A stretch of 64,000 bases of DNA. It comes from Actinomycetota bacterium. GTDB taxonomy: Bacteria > Actinomycetota > CADDZG01 > WHSQ01. Where the stretch lies: NCBI GenBank assembly GCA_046262015.1, contig JBHENN010000097.1, forward strand, positions 1,304 through 65,303, read 5' to 3'. The position numbers and the translations under genes are program-made. Below, piece after piece: positions 20,189-29,671 of this stretch (the stretch's first letter is position 1; every line of letters starts with the position of its first letter). Below the pieces are notes generated by a model. The model was not told where the DNA came from and made no database searches. It worked only from the letters and a program-made list of their open reading frames with translations.

Positions 20189-20748
20189 CCGCGACCGACC
20201 GCAAAGTCATCGAGGCGATCCTGCTTCTCGCCGACGAGCCCGTGCCCGCGTCGCTGATCGGCGAGGTCCTCGAGCGCCCCCGGGCCGAGGTCGAGGCCGC
20301 CCTGGAGAGCCTGCGCGATTCCTACGAGGCGGACGACCGAGGCTTCCAGCTCCGGCGCGCCGCGGGGGGGTGGCGCCTCTACACGAGCCCGGACTGCGCC
20401 CCCTGGCTCGAGCGCTTCGTGACCCGCCACAGCCACAGCCGGCTCACCGGCGCCGCCCTGGAGGTTCTCGCGATCGTCGCCTACCGCCAGCCGATCTCAC
20501 GCGCCCAGATCGCCGAGATCCGCGGCGTCGACTCCGACGGGGTCGTGAAGACCCTGGCGCAGAGAGGGCTCCTGGCGCCCGTCGGGCGGGACGCGGGACC
20601 CGGCTTGCCGGTCCTGTTCGCGGTGACCGACGACCTCCTCGAGCGCCTGGGGCTCGATTCCCTCGCCGAGCTGCCCCCGCTGGCATCGTTCATGCCCGAC
20701 GCCGAGGCGGTCGAGGACATGGAGGCGAAGCTATCGCCGAACGCCTGA
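20185..20748 (+). CDS. scpB: Segregation and condensation protein B
   Basis: IEAILLLADEPV, ISRAQIAEIRGVDSDGVVKTL and winged-helix repeats fit ScpB. GTG at 20185. Confidence 0.85.
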   Translation: MTATDRKVIEAILLLADEPVPASLIGEVLERPRAEVEAALESLRDSYEADDRGFQLRRAAGGWRLYTSPDCAPWLERFVTRHSHSRLTGAALEVLAIVAYRQPISRAQIAEIRGVDSDGVVKTLAQRGLLAPVGRDAGPGLPVLFAVTDDLLERLGLDSLAELPPLASFMPDAEAVEDMEAKLSPNA

Positions 20749-21530
20749 CGGGCTCGACCGAGCCCCGGGGCGAGCGTCTCCAGAAGGTCCTGGCCCAGGC
20801 CGGGGTCGGGTCCCGTCGTCACGTCGAGGAGATGATCGAGCGGGGCCGGGTACGGGTGAACGGGCGGCGCGCCGAGCTCGGCCGCAGGATCGACCCGGAC
20901 AACGATGAAGTGGAGGTCGATGGTTCGCGCGTGCCGCTGCGGGCGGACCTGGTGTACTACCTGCTCAACAAGCCGGTCGGGGTGGTCACGACCGCGGACG
21001 ACCCCGAGGGCCGAGAGACCGTCCTCGACCTGATGGACGCTCCTACCCGGGTGTGGCCGGTGGGCCGGCTCGACATCGAGACCGAAGGGGCCCTGGTGGT
21101 CACCAACGACGGCGACCTCACGCTGCGCCTCACCCATCCCCGCTATCACGTGCCCAAGACCTACCTCGTGGAGGTCCGCGGTGGCCTCCCGGCCCGGTCC
21201 GTCAAGCTGCTGGCGCGGGGGATCGAGCTCGACGACGGCGTCACCGCGCCGGCCGAGGTGGCGGTCGTGGACCGCCGCCCCCGATCCACGCTGGTGCGGA
21301 TCACCCTGCACGAGGGCCGCTATCGCCAGGTGCGGAGGATGTTCGAGGCGCTGGACCACCCGGTCGTCCGTCTCGTCCGTACCGGCATCGGCCCCCTTAT
21401 GCTGGGGCGCTTGAAGCCGGGGACGGTCAGGCGGCTGACGGCCGACGAGGTGCGGGCCCTGTACCGCGCCGCCGGGGCGGGAACGGCCACTCGGGAGACA
21501 AGAGGATATGTCGACAAGGAAACAAGATGA
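20745..21530 (+). CDS. rluB: Pseudouridine synthase RluB family (S4 domain plus RsuA/RluB catalytic domain); start codon unresolved
   Basis: S4 domain (ERLQKVLAQAGVGSRRHVEEMI) and catalytic GRLDIETEG motif are present. No in-frame ATG/GTG/TTG was found between 20580 and the S4 domain; CTG at 20745 is the only start-like codon. Confidence 0.75.
   Translation: MTGSTEPRGERLQKVLAQAGVGSRRHVEEMIERGRVRVNGRRAELGRRIDPDNDEVEVDGSRVPLRADLVYYLLNKPVGVVTTADDPEGRETVLDLMDAPTRVWPVGRLDIETEGALVVTNDGDLTLRLTHPRYHVPKTYLVEVRGGLPARSVKLLARGIELDDGVTAPAEVAVVDRRPRSTLVRITLHEGRYRQVRRMFEALDHPVVRLVRTGIGPLMLGRLKPGTVRRLTADEVRALYRAAGAGTATRETRGYVDKETR
21508..21519 (+). promoter_or_regulatory. Motif copy ATGTCGACAAGG at the aroH start
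   Basis: The 11-mer ATGTCGACAAG is identical to the copy at 19376. Confidence 0.5.
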
Positions 21531-21900
21531 CCCGCCGTCCCGCGTGCGCGCCGTGCGGGGGGCAACGGTCGTGCCCGCCGACGACCCCGGGGCGATCGTG
21601 GCGGCGACCGCGGAGCTGCTGCGGGCGATGCTGGCCCGCAACGACCTCGCGGTCGACGACCTCGTCAGCGTCATCTTCACCAGCACCGAGGACCTGACCG
21701 CCGAGTTCCCCGCCAGCGCGGCTCGAACGCTCGGGATCGCCGACATCCCTCTCCTGTGCGCCCGGGAGATCCCCGTCCCCGGGGCGCTCGCCCGGTGCGT
21801 GCGCGTCCTGCTGCACTGCTACACCGCCAAGGAGCGCGGCGCGCTCCGCCACGTCTACGTCGGCGAGGCCCAGCGCCTGCGCGACGACCTCCCGCAGTGA
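21508..21900 (+). CDS. aroH: AroH-type chorismate mutase
   Basis: VRAVRGATVV and DLVSVIFTSTEDL motifs are typical of monofunctional AroH chorismate mutase. It overlaps the rluB end. Confidence 0.85.
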   Translation: MSTRKQDDPPSRVRAVRGATVVPADDPGAIVAATAELLRAMLARNDLAVDDLVSVIFTSTEDLTAEFPASAARTLGIADIPLLCAREIPVPGALARCVRVLLHCYTAKERGALRHVYVGEAQRLRDDLPQ

Positions 21901-21925
21901 GTCTTGACCTCAGCTCGAGCCTTAG

Positions 21926-23008
21926 ATGAGCCGCGTGGCGATCCTGGGCACGGGCCTCATAGGAGGGTCCATCGGGTTCGACCTCGTCGCGCGGGGCCGC
22001 GAGGTCGTGGGCTTCGACCGGGACCCGACCGCGGTCCGGCGGGCGGTGGACCGCGGCGCGGTCACCACGGCGGCGGACGGCCCGGCAGACGCGGTCGAGG
22101 GCGCCGCCCTCGTGATCGCCGCGGTGCCGCCCCACGACTTCGGGTCGGTGGCCCGGGGCCTCGCCGCCCACCTGGCCCCGGACGCGGTCGTGACCGACGT
22201 CGGCAGCGCCAAGTTCGACGTGGTCCGGGCCGGGGAGGCGGCCTTGGGGGCGCGCTTCGTCGGCGGCCATCCCATGGCCGGCTCGGAACGGCACGGCATC
22301 GACGGCGCTCGTCCGGGCTTGTTCGAGGACGCGTGGTGGATCCTGACCCCCACGGCCACCACCTCCCCCGGCGCCTATCAGCAGGTCGCCGAGCTGGCCG
22401 CCAGCCTGGGCGCCCGGCCCGTGGCGCTCGACGCAGCCGAGCACGACAGCCTCGTGGCCCGGGTCAGCCATCTCCCTCAGGTCGTCGCGAGCGCCTTGGT
22501 AGACCTGGCCGTCGGGGACATCCCCGATGACCCGCGCCTGCGGTTCGCCGGCGGAGGGTTCCGCGACACCACCCGCATCGCGGCCAGCGATCCCGACCTC
22601 TGGGTGTCCATCGCACGCGCCAACCGCGCCGCGATCGGGCGCTCCATCGCAGCCCTCCAGGAACGACTCGGCGACGTCGCGGGATGGCTTGCCTCCGCCG
22701 ACTGGGAGGCGCTTCGAACGTTCTTCGAACGGGCGCGCGGCGCGCGCGTGGAGCTCTTCGACAAGCCCGTCTACGGGGGTGCTCCGGTGACCCTGCAGAT
22801 GCTGATCCCGGACCGCCCGGGGGTGCTGGCGGAGGTCACCACCGCGGCGGGCCAGCTGGGCGCCAACATCGAGGACCTCCGGATCATGCATTCGGCCGAG
22901 GGGGGACGGGGGACCCTCGAGCTCGTCGTGCCCGAAGGCCCCCACCTGGCCCGGCTCGTCGCCGTCCTCGAGGACCTCGGCTACGACGTCGACTCGTCAT
23001 CGTCCTAA
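21926..23008 (+). CDS. tyrA: Prephenate dehydrogenase with C-terminal ACT domain
   Basis: VAILGTGLIGGS Rossmann motif, GGHPMAG motif and ACT-like C-terminus are present. Confidence 0.85.
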   Translation: MSRVAILGTGLIGGSIGFDLVARGREVVGFDRDPTAVRRAVDRGAVTTAADGPADAVEGAALVIAAVPPHDFGSVARGLAAHLAPDAVVTDVGSAKFDVVRAGEAALGARFVGGHPMAGSERHGIDGARPGLFEDAWWILTPTATTSPGAYQQVAELAASLGARPVALDAAEHDSLVARVSHLPQVVASALVDLAVGDIPDDPRLRFAGGGFRDTTRIAASDPDLWVSIARANRAAIGRSIAALQERLGDVAGWLASADWEALRTFFERARGARVELFDKPVYGGAPVTLQMLIPDRPGVLAEVTTAAGQLGANIEDLRIMHSAEGGRGTLELVVPEGPHLARLVAVLEDLGYDVDSSSS

Positions 23009-23037
23009 GGGGGAGAGAGACAACTCGATATGATGAT

Positions 23038-23049
23038 ATGTAGACAAGG
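23038..23049 (+). promoter_or_regulatory. Motif copy ATGTAGACAAGG, 7 nt upstream of the aroA GTG
   Basis: One mismatch to ATGTCGACAAGG. It is preceded by TCGATATGATGATATG, with a TATGAT -10 candidate at 23029-23034. Confidence 0.45.
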
Positions 23050-23055
23050 GGACCG

Positions 23056-24354
23056 GTGAAGCGGACACGGTCCCGGCCCGACGCCCCGCTGGTGGGGGAG
23101 GTGCGCGTCCCGGGCGACAAGTCGATCTCCCATCGGGCTCTGCTCCTGGCGGTGCTGGCCCCGGGTTCCTCGGCGATCGACGGCATCAACCTGGGCGCGG
23201 ACGTGCGCGCGACGATCGCGTGTCTGCGGGCCCTCGGGGCCCGCTGCGTGCTCGACGAGGATAACCTTCGGGTAGAGGTTGAGTCTTCCGGGCAGGGCAG
23301 CTTGCAGGAGCCCGCCGTGGTTCTCGACGCCGCCAACTCCGGTACCACGCTCCGGTGCCTCGTGGGGGTGTGCGCGGGGATCGACGGCGTGAGCGTCCTC
23401 ACCGGGGACGAGAGCCTCCGGCGACGTCCCATGCTCCGGGTCGTCGCTCCTCTGCGTCAGATGGGAGCCACGATCGACGGCCGGGCGCACGCCGACCGCG
23501 CCCCTCTGGTGGTGCGCGGGGGATCGCTGCACCCGGTCGACCTCGAGCTGCAGGTGGCCAGCGCTCAGGTCAAGACGGCGGTGCTGCTCGCCGCCCTGGG
23601 CGCTACCGGAACGACCTCGGTCGCGGAGCCGGGGGCGAGCCGGGACCATACCGAGCGGATGCTGCGCGCCGCCGGCGTGCCCGTCGCCGGCGACGGCCGC
23701 ACGGTGGCGGTGACCGGGCCGGCACGGCCGCGCGCGCGGTCGTGGGCCGTCCCGGGCGACCTCTCGTCGGCGATGTTCCTCGTGGTGGGCGCTCTCCTGC
23801 TGCCGGGATCCGAGCTCACCATCAGGGACGTCGGCCTGAACCCGACACGCACCCCGGCCCTCGATGTCCTGCGCGCGATGGGCGCCGACGTGAGCGCGGA
23901 GATCGAGCGCAGCGACGGGGGCGAGCCGGTCGGGCACGTAACCGTCCGGCATTCGCCACTGGCCGGGGTCGCGGTTGACCCCGAGCTGGTTCCCGGCCTG
24001 ATCGACGAGATCCCCGCGCTGGCGATCGCGGCGAGCCGGGCCGAGGGTGAGACCCTGATCACCGGCGCGGCCGAGCTGCGAGCCAAGGAATCCGACCGGA
24101 TCGACGCGCTGGTCGCGGGCTTGCGGGCCCTCGGCGTCGACGCCGAGCCGCGCCCCGACGGGATGCTCATCCGGGGTCCGGCCCCCCTGACGGGCGGAGC
24201 GGTCGACGCCCGAGGCGACCACCGGGTCGCTCTGGCGTTCGGGATCGCCGGCCTCGTCGCGACCGGCAACGTCCGGATCAAAGGCTGGAGCAGCGTGGAT
24301 ACCTCGTTCCCAGGTTTCCTCGACGTCCTCGCCGGCGCCCGGCGACGGTCGTGA
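23056..24354 (+). CDS. aroA: 3-phosphoshikimate 1-carboxyvinyltransferase (EPSP synthase)
   Basis: VPGDKSISHRA, NSGTTLR and AELRAKESDRI motifs are present. Confidence 0.95.
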   Translation: MKRTRSRPDAPLVGEVRVPGDKSISHRALLLAVLAPGSSAIDGINLGADVRATIACLRALGARCVLDEDNLRVEVESSGQGSLQEPAVVLDAANSGTTLRCLVGVCAGIDGVSVLTGDESLRRRPMLRVVAPLRQMGATIDGRAHADRAPLVVRGGSLHPVDLELQVASAQVKTAVLLAALGATGTTSVAEPGASRDHTERMLRAAGVPVAGDGRTVAVTGPARPRARSWAVPGDLSSAMFLVVGALLLPGSELTIRDVGLNPTRTPALDVLRAMGADVSAEIERSDGGEPVGHVTVRHSPLAGVAVDPELVPGLIDEIPALAIAASRAEGETLITGAAELRAKESDRIDALVAGLRALGVDAEPRPDGMLIRGPAPLTGGAVDARGDHRVALAFGIAGLVATGNVRIKGWSSVDTSFPGFLDVLAGARRRS

Positions 24355-25004
24355 CCGTCATCGCGATCGACGGCCCGGCCGGAGCCGGGAAGAGCAGCGC
24401 GGCACGCGCCCTCGCACGCGCGCTCGGCTTCTTCTACCTCGACACCGGTGCGATGTATCGGGCGGTGGCGGCCGCGGCGCTCGAGCGTGGCGTCCCGGCC
24501 GGTGACGAAGGGCGCCTGGCGGAGATCGCGCGCAGCGTCGACGTCGACGTGAGCGGCAACCGGATCCTCGTGGGAGGTGGGGACCCCTCGGGCCGCTTGC
24601 GGGCGCCGGAGGTGACCGCCGTGGTCTCCCAGGTGGCCGCGCTGCCCGACGTGCGCGCCGCCCTGGCCGAGCGCCAGCGAGCGATCGCGCGGCAGCACGA
24701 CGTGGTGATCGAAGGGCGCGACATCGGCACCGCCGTCGCTCCCGACGCCGAGGTCAAGATCTTCCTCACCGCGTCGCTTCCCGAACGCGCCCGCCGCAGA
24801 GGACGCCAGCTCGGGGTGGCCGACGACGCTCTCGGGGGGGTGGCCGAGGCGCTCGGCGAGCGCGACGCCGCCGACTCCACGAGGGCGGCGTCGCCGCTCG
24901 CCCGGCCGCCGGACGCCGTCGTCATCGACTCCACGGACCGGCCGCTCGAGGACGTCGTCAGGGCCCTCCTCGACATCGTCGAGAAGCGCCTCGATGGCTT
25001 TTAG
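24351..25004 (+). CDS. cmk: Cytidylate kinase
   Basis: IAIDGPAGAGKSS P-loop and GRDIGT motif are present. It overlaps the aroA stop. Confidence 0.9.
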   Translation: MTVIAIDGPAGAGKSSAARALARALGFFYLDTGAMYRAVAAAALERGVPAGDEGRLAEIARSVDVDVSGNRILVGGGDPSGRLRAPEVTAVVSQVAALPDVRAALAERQRAIARQHDVVIEGRDIGTAVAPDAEVKIFLTASLPERARRRGRQLGVADDALGGVAEALGERDAADSTRAASPLARPPDAVVIDSTDRPLEDVVRALLDIVEKRLDGF

Positions 25005-26340
25005 CGGCCGCTCCGGCCTTCCCCTGGTGGCCGTGGTCGGGCGGCCCAACGTCGGCAAGTCGTCGCTGGTCAACCGGGTGTTGGGGCGCAGGGAGGCGAT
25101 CGTCGAGGAGATGCCCGGGGTGACGCGCGACCGGACCGGCTTCGTCGCCGCGTGGAACGCCCGCGACTTCGAGATCATGGACACCGGAGGCCTCGAACCC
25201 GGGGCCGAGGGTCTCGAGGCTCACGTTAGGGACCAGGCCCGGGTCGCCATCGAGATCGCCGACGTGATCGTGCTGGTCGTGGACGCGGCCGCCGGCCCGA
25301 TAGAGGACGACCTCGCCGTCGCCGACGTCCTGCGTCGCTCGGGCAAGCCCGTCGTGGTCGCGGCCAACAAGGTGGACGATCCCGCCGACGAGGCCGACGC
25401 CGCGCGGTTCTACGGCCTGGGTCTGGGCGAGCCCCACCCGCTATCCGCGCTGCACGGGCGGGGATCGGGGGACTTCCTCGACGCCGTCGTCCGTGTCCTT
25501 CCGGCGGCCCCCGGCGAGACCCAACAGGCGTGGGCGTCGCTCGCGATCGTCGGGCGGCCCAACGTCGGCAAGTCCTCGATGCTCAACTCTCTCCTCGGCG
25601 AGCAGCGTGCGATCGTCGACGCGGCCCCCGGGACGACCCGCGACCCGGTCGACTCCTACCTACCGCTGGCGGGGGACCGCACCCTGCGCATCATCGACAC
25701 GGCCGGCATGAGGCGCCAGGCGCACATCACGGACCCGGTGGAGTACTTCGGCTTCCTGCGATCGCGCCGGACGATCCCCCGAGCGGATGCGGTGCTGCTC
25801 GTGGTCGACGTCGCGGAAGGCGTCGCCGGGCTCGACCAGCGGATCGCTCAGGAGGTCGTCGACGAGGGGCGAGCGTGCGTGGTCGCACTGAACAAGTGGG
25901 ACCTCGTGACGTCCGAGGAAACGGACCGCGCGCGACTCGAACGAGACGTGAAGAAGAAGCTGCGCTTCCTCGACTGGGCCACGGTGGTACGGACGTCGGC
26001 GCGGACCGGCCGAGGGGTCGACCGCCTGCTGCCCGCGGTCGAGAGCGCGATCGAGACTCACCGGAGAAGGCTCCCAACGGCGCTCGTGAACCGGCTCGTG
26101 ACCGATGCTCAGCAGCGGGCGCCTCACCCACGGGCGCGGGCCCGCACGCCACGCGTCCTGTACGCGGTCCAGGCGGACGTCGCGCCTCCTACCTTCGTCT
26201 TGTTCGCGAGCGCCCGGTTGGAGACGAACTACGTGCGCTACATCGAGAACGCCATCCGGGCGGTTCACCCGTTCGCGGGTACGCCCATCCAGATCCGGGT
26301 TCGGTTGAAGACCGCGCGCGAGCGAGAAGACGACGTATGA
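24994..26340 (+). CDS. der: Ribosome biogenesis GTPase Der (EngA), two GTPase domains plus KH-like domain
   Basis: Two G1 motifs (GRPNVGKSS twice), DTGG/DTAG motifs and a KH-like C-terminus are present. Confidence 0.95.
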   Translation: MAFSGRSGLPLVAVVGRPNVGKSSLVNRVLGRREAIVEEMPGVTRDRTGFVAAWNARDFEIMDTGGLEPGAEGLEAHVRDQARVAIEIADVIVLVVDAAAGPIEDDLAVADVLRRSGKPVVVAANKVDDPADEADAARFYGLGLGEPHPLSALHGRGSGDFLDAVVRVLPAAPGETQQAWASLAIVGRPNVGKSSMLNSLLGEQRAIVDAAPGTTRDPVDSYLPLAGDRTLRIIDTAGMRRQAHITDPVEYFGFLRSRRTIPRADAVLLVVDVAEGVAGLDQRIAQEVVDEGRACVVALNKWDLVTSEETDRARLERDVKKKLRFLDWATVVRTSARTGRGVDRLLPAVESAIETHRRRLPTALVNRLVTDAQQRAPHPRARARTPRVLYAVQADVAPPTFVLFASARLETNYVRYIENAIRAVHPFAGTPIQIRVRLKTAREREDDV

Positions 26341-26389
26341 GCAGCTCGCCGGACGGCGCGCCGAGGCCGCCGGGTATGATCCGCGCGTC

Positions 26390-26463
26390 CGGGACGTGGC
26401 GCAGCTTGGCAGCGCACTGGTCTGGGGGACCAGGGGTCGCCGGTTCAAATCCGGCCGTCCCGA
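26390..26463 (+). tRNA. tRNA-Pro (anticodon GGG), 74 nt, CCA not encoded
   Basis: Hand-folded cloverleaf. Acceptor CGGGACG pairs with CGTCCCG. D stem is GCGC/GCGC. Anticodon stem is CTGGT/ACCAG with loop CTGGGGG. T arm is GCCGG-TTCAAAT-CCGGC. Confidence 0.85.
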
Positions 26464-26483
26464 CTGAAGAAGCACGCAGAGGA

Positions 26484-27101
26484 ATGAGGCCCTCCGGCAT
26501 GTCCGCGACTACCGATCGGCCCGTCGCGTCGGAGCGCGTGCTCACGATCCCCAACATCCTCTCGCTCCTCCGGCTGGCGACCGTACCGGTGTTCTTGTGG
26601 CTGTTCGTGACCGGGCGTGAGGATGTCGCCGTCATCGTCTACGGGATCGCGGCGTGGACCGACTTCTTCGACGGCTACATCGCCCGCCGCACGGGGACCG
26701 TCACCGAGCTGGGCAAGCTGCTCGACCCCGCGTCGGATCGAATATTCATCCTGGCGCTGGTGGTGATGCTGTTGGCCCGGGGGGCCCTGTCGTGGTGGCT
26801 GGCGGCCGCGATCATCGCGCGCGACCTCGTGGTGCTGAGCGTGTTCCCCGCGCTGGAGCGCAAGAAGGTCGCGCGGATCCCCGTGAACCGGGTGGGGAAG
26901 CTTGCGACCGCGGCGCTCCTGTTCGGGCTCACCTGCCTGGCGCTGGCCGAGACCAGCTTCGCCGAGTGGTGGCCGGCGCGCCCTATCGGCCTTGCCGTCG
27001 CAATCTCCGGCGCCGGGTTGTACTGGATCGCCGGAGCTCTCTACGCGCGCGTGGCGTGGCAGCGTTTCAGGTCACTCGATGCAGGTAGGACCCTGCCGTG
27101 A
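26484..27101 (+). CDS. CDP-alcohol phosphatidyltransferase family protein
   Basis: DFFDGYIARRTGTVTELGKLLDPASDRI matches the D(x)2DG(x)2AR...G(x)3D(x)3D motif. An alternative ATG lies at 26499. Confidence 0.8.
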   Translation: MRPSGMSATTDRPVASERVLTIPNILSLLRLATVPVFLWLFVTGREDVAVIVYGIAAWTDFFDGYIARRTGTVTELGKLLDPASDRIFILALVVMLLARGALSWWLAAAIIARDLVVLSVFPALERKKVARIPVNRVGKLATAALLFGLTCLALAETSFAEWWPARPIGLAVAISGAGLYWIAGALYARVAWQRFRSLDAGRTLP

Positions 27102-29644
27102 CGCTTCGGGACATCCAAGCTGTGATCATGGCCGGAGGCGAGGGGTCGCGGCTTCGGCCGCTCACCAGCAACACCCCCAAACCCATGCTGCCCGTGGCCA
27201 ACCGGCCCTTGATGGAGCACATCATCACGCTGCTGGGTAGGCACGGGATCACCGACGTCGTAGCCACCGTGCAGTTCCTGTCGTCGGTGATCCGCAACTA
27301 CTTCCGCGATGGCTCCGACGTGGGGGTGTCGCTCTCGTACGCAACCGAAGAGGTCCCGCTCGGGACCGCGGGGTCCGTTTTCGGCGCCCGCGACCTCCTA
27401 TCGGGCACCTTCATCGTCATCTCCGGCGATGCGCTCACGGACCTCGACCTCGACGAGGCGGTCGACTTCCACCGCGCGAAGGGAGCGATGGCCACGCTCG
27501 TCCTCAAGCGGATGCAGGACCCGCTGGAGTTCGGGATCGTGATGACCTCCGAGGACGGCCGGATCGAGCGCTTCCTCGAGAAACCGAGCTGGGGGCAGGT
27601 CTTCACGGACACGATAAACACCGGCATCTACGTACTCGAGCCGGACGTCCTCGACCTGATCCCTCCCGACGAGGCACACGACTTCTCGTCCCAGCTCTTC
27701 CCCACGATGCTCGACAAGGGCCTGCCGCTGTACGGGTTCGTCACCGACGCCTACTGGACGGATGTGGGCACCACCGATGCGTACCTGCAGGCACACTCCG
27801 ACATCCTGGCGGGCAAGGTCACCCAGGAGATCCCCGGGTTCGAGCTGCGGCCGCGGGTCTGGGCCGGGGAAGACGTGGACGTGCACCCCACCGCCGTCAT
27901 AGAAGGTCCCGTCCTCATCGGTGACAACACCCGCATCGGCGCTGGCGCCGTCGTGGGGCCCTACGCCGTCCTGGGGCCGAACACGATCATCGGCGACGAC
28001 GCTCGGGTAGGCAATGGGAGCGTCGTGATGGACGGCAGCTACGTTGGCTCCTACGCGCGCGTGTGGGGGAGCGTGCTCGGCCGCGGTGTGACGCTCGAGA
28101 AGGGGTCCTCGGTGGAAGAGGGGGCCGTACTCGGGGACGAGGTCGTGGTGGGCGCGGGCGCGTTCATCAAGCCCCGCGTCCAGATCTATCCGGCGAGGAG
28201 CGTGGAAGCGGGCGCCATCGTCACTCAGAGTGTCGTCAAGGAGAAGCGAGCGACCCGCAACCTGTTCGGCGCGCGCGGCATGTCGGGCATGATCAACGTC
28301 GGCATCACTCCCGTCGCCGCGGTCCGCCTGGGCATGGCGTACGGAAGCACGCTAAAACGGGGCAGCGTGGTGGTGACCGGCCGCGACGCGAGCCGGGCCG
28401 CGCGCACGATCAAGCGCGCGGTCGTGGCCGGCCTCAACTCGACCGGGGTCACCTGCCACGACCTCGAGCTGGTCCCCACCCCCCTCACGCGCTTCACCGT
28501 CTCGAGCGAGCAAGCTTCCGGAGGGATCAGCGTCCGGACCTCACCGCGCGACCCCGAGATCCTCGAGATCCACCTCTTCGACGGCGACGGAGGCGACATC
28601 GCGGAGGCCGACCAGCGCAAGATCGAGCGGATGTTCTTCCGGGAGGACTACCGGCGACCCGGACCGTCCAAGCTGGGAGAGCTCGAGTTCCCCCCGCGGG
28701 CGCTGGAGCAGTACACGACCGGTCTCCTGGGCGCTCTCGACCTCGAGAGCATCCGGGCGAGCCGGTCGAAGGTGGTGGTGGATTACGCCTACGGTCCCTT
28801 CGCCACGATCGGACCCTCGATCCTCGGCAGGCTCGGCTGCGACGTGCTCTCGGTGAACGCGTTCACGGACGAGCACCGGCCCGTGCTCGTCGCCGCCGAC
28901 GTGGAGCGCCTCCTCGAGCAGCTGTCGGAGCACGTCATGAAGTCGGGCTCCGACCTGGGGGTCCTGATCGAGCCGGGAGGCGAGATCGCGCACCTCATCG
29001 ACGACCAGGGCCGGCGGGTCGAGCACGAGCGCGCCCTGGTGGCCTTCGTGCGTTACGGGTCCATGCTGGGAGCCACCGCGATCGCGCTGCCCGTCTCGGT
29101 ATCGAGCGTGTGCGAGACGGTGGCTGCGGGCAACGGAGCCCGGGTCCAGTGGGTCCCGAACACCCTGGCGGCGCTGATGGAGCGGGCGGCCCGGCCGAGC
29201 GTGGGCTTCGCCGGCAACGCCGAGGGCGCGCTGCTCTTCCCCGACTTCATGCCGGCGCCCGACGCGCTGATGACCTTCTGCAAGACGCTCGAGCTGATGG
29301 CCTCGGTGGAGCGCCCGCTCTCGATCATCGTGGACGACCTCCCCCCCGCGCACGTGGTCACGCGCGACGTCCGCACCCCGTGGGACCTCAAGGGCACGGT
29401 GATGAGAGAGCTCGCCGCGCAAGGCGCCCGGACCCCGGGGGCCGAGCTGCGCCTCCTCGACGGCGTGAAGGTCATCGAGGACGGGGCATGGACCCTGGTG
29501 ATCCCATATCCGGACCAGCCGGCGTGCCGCATCTGGGCCGAAGCGCCCACCCGGGCCGAGGCCGAGGCGCGCGCCGAGGGCCACGCCGAGCTCGTCGAGC
29601 GGATCGTGACCGCAGCCGGAAACATCGACTTGTCGACAACATGA
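27098..29644 (+). CDS. Fusion protein: sugar-1-phosphate nucleotidyltransferase (mannose-1-P guanylyltransferase-like) plus left-handed beta-helix plus phosphomannomutase/phosphoglucomutase-like domains
   Basis: The N-terminus has VIMAGGEGSRLRPLT. Hexapeptide repeats occupy the middle. The C-terminal ~450 aa have alpha-D-phosphohexomutase-like architecture. Confidence 0.8.
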   Translation: MTLRDIQAVIMAGGEGSRLRPLTSNTPKPMLPVANRPLMEHIITLLGRHGITDVVATVQFLSSVIRNYFRDGSDVGVSLSYATEEVPLGTAGSVFGARDLLSGTFIVISGDALTDLDLDEAVDFHRAKGAMATLVLKRMQDPLEFGIVMTSEDGRIERFLEKPSWGQVFTDTINTGIYVLEPDVLDLIPPDEAHDFSSQLFPTMLDKGLPLYGFVTDAYWTDVGTTDAYLQAHSDILAGKVTQEIPGFELRPRVWAGEDVDVHPTAVIEGPVLIGDNTRIGAGAVVGPYAVLGPNTIIGDDARVGNGSVVMDGSYVGSYARVWGSVLGRGVTLEKGSSVEEGAVLGDEVVVGAGAFIKPRVQIYPARSVEAGAIVTQSVVKEKRATRNLFGARGMSGMINVGITPVAAVRLGMAYGSTLKRGSVVVTGRDASRAARTIKRAVVAGLNSTGVTCHDLELVPTPLTRFTVSSEQASGGISVRTSPRDPEILEIHLFDGDGGDIAEADQRKIERMFFREDYRRPGPSKLGELEFPPRALEQYTTGLLGALDLESIRASRSKVVVDYAYGPFATIGPSILGRLGCDVLSVNAFTDEHRPVLVAADVERLLEQLSEHVMKSGSDLGVLIEPGGEIAHLIDDQGRRVEHERALVAFVRYGSMLGATAIALPVSVSSVCETVAAGNGARVQWVPNTLAALMERAARPSVGFAGNAEGALLFPDFMPAPDALMTFCKTLELMASVERPLSIIVDDLPPAHVVTRDVRTPWDLKGTVMRELAAQGARTPGAELRLLDGVKVIEDGAWTLVIPYPDQPACRIWAEAPTRAEAEARAEGHAELVERIVTAAGNIDLSTT
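29624..29640 (+). promoter_or_regulatory. Motif copy ATCGACTTGTCGACAAC spanning the stop codon of the upstream gene, 32 nt before the gcvH GTG
   Basis: It is followed by TATCGACATCGAG at 29647-29659 and an SD-like GAGAGAGGAG. Confidence 0.5.
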
Positions 29645-29671
29645 CCTATCGACATCGAGAGAGGAGCCGAG

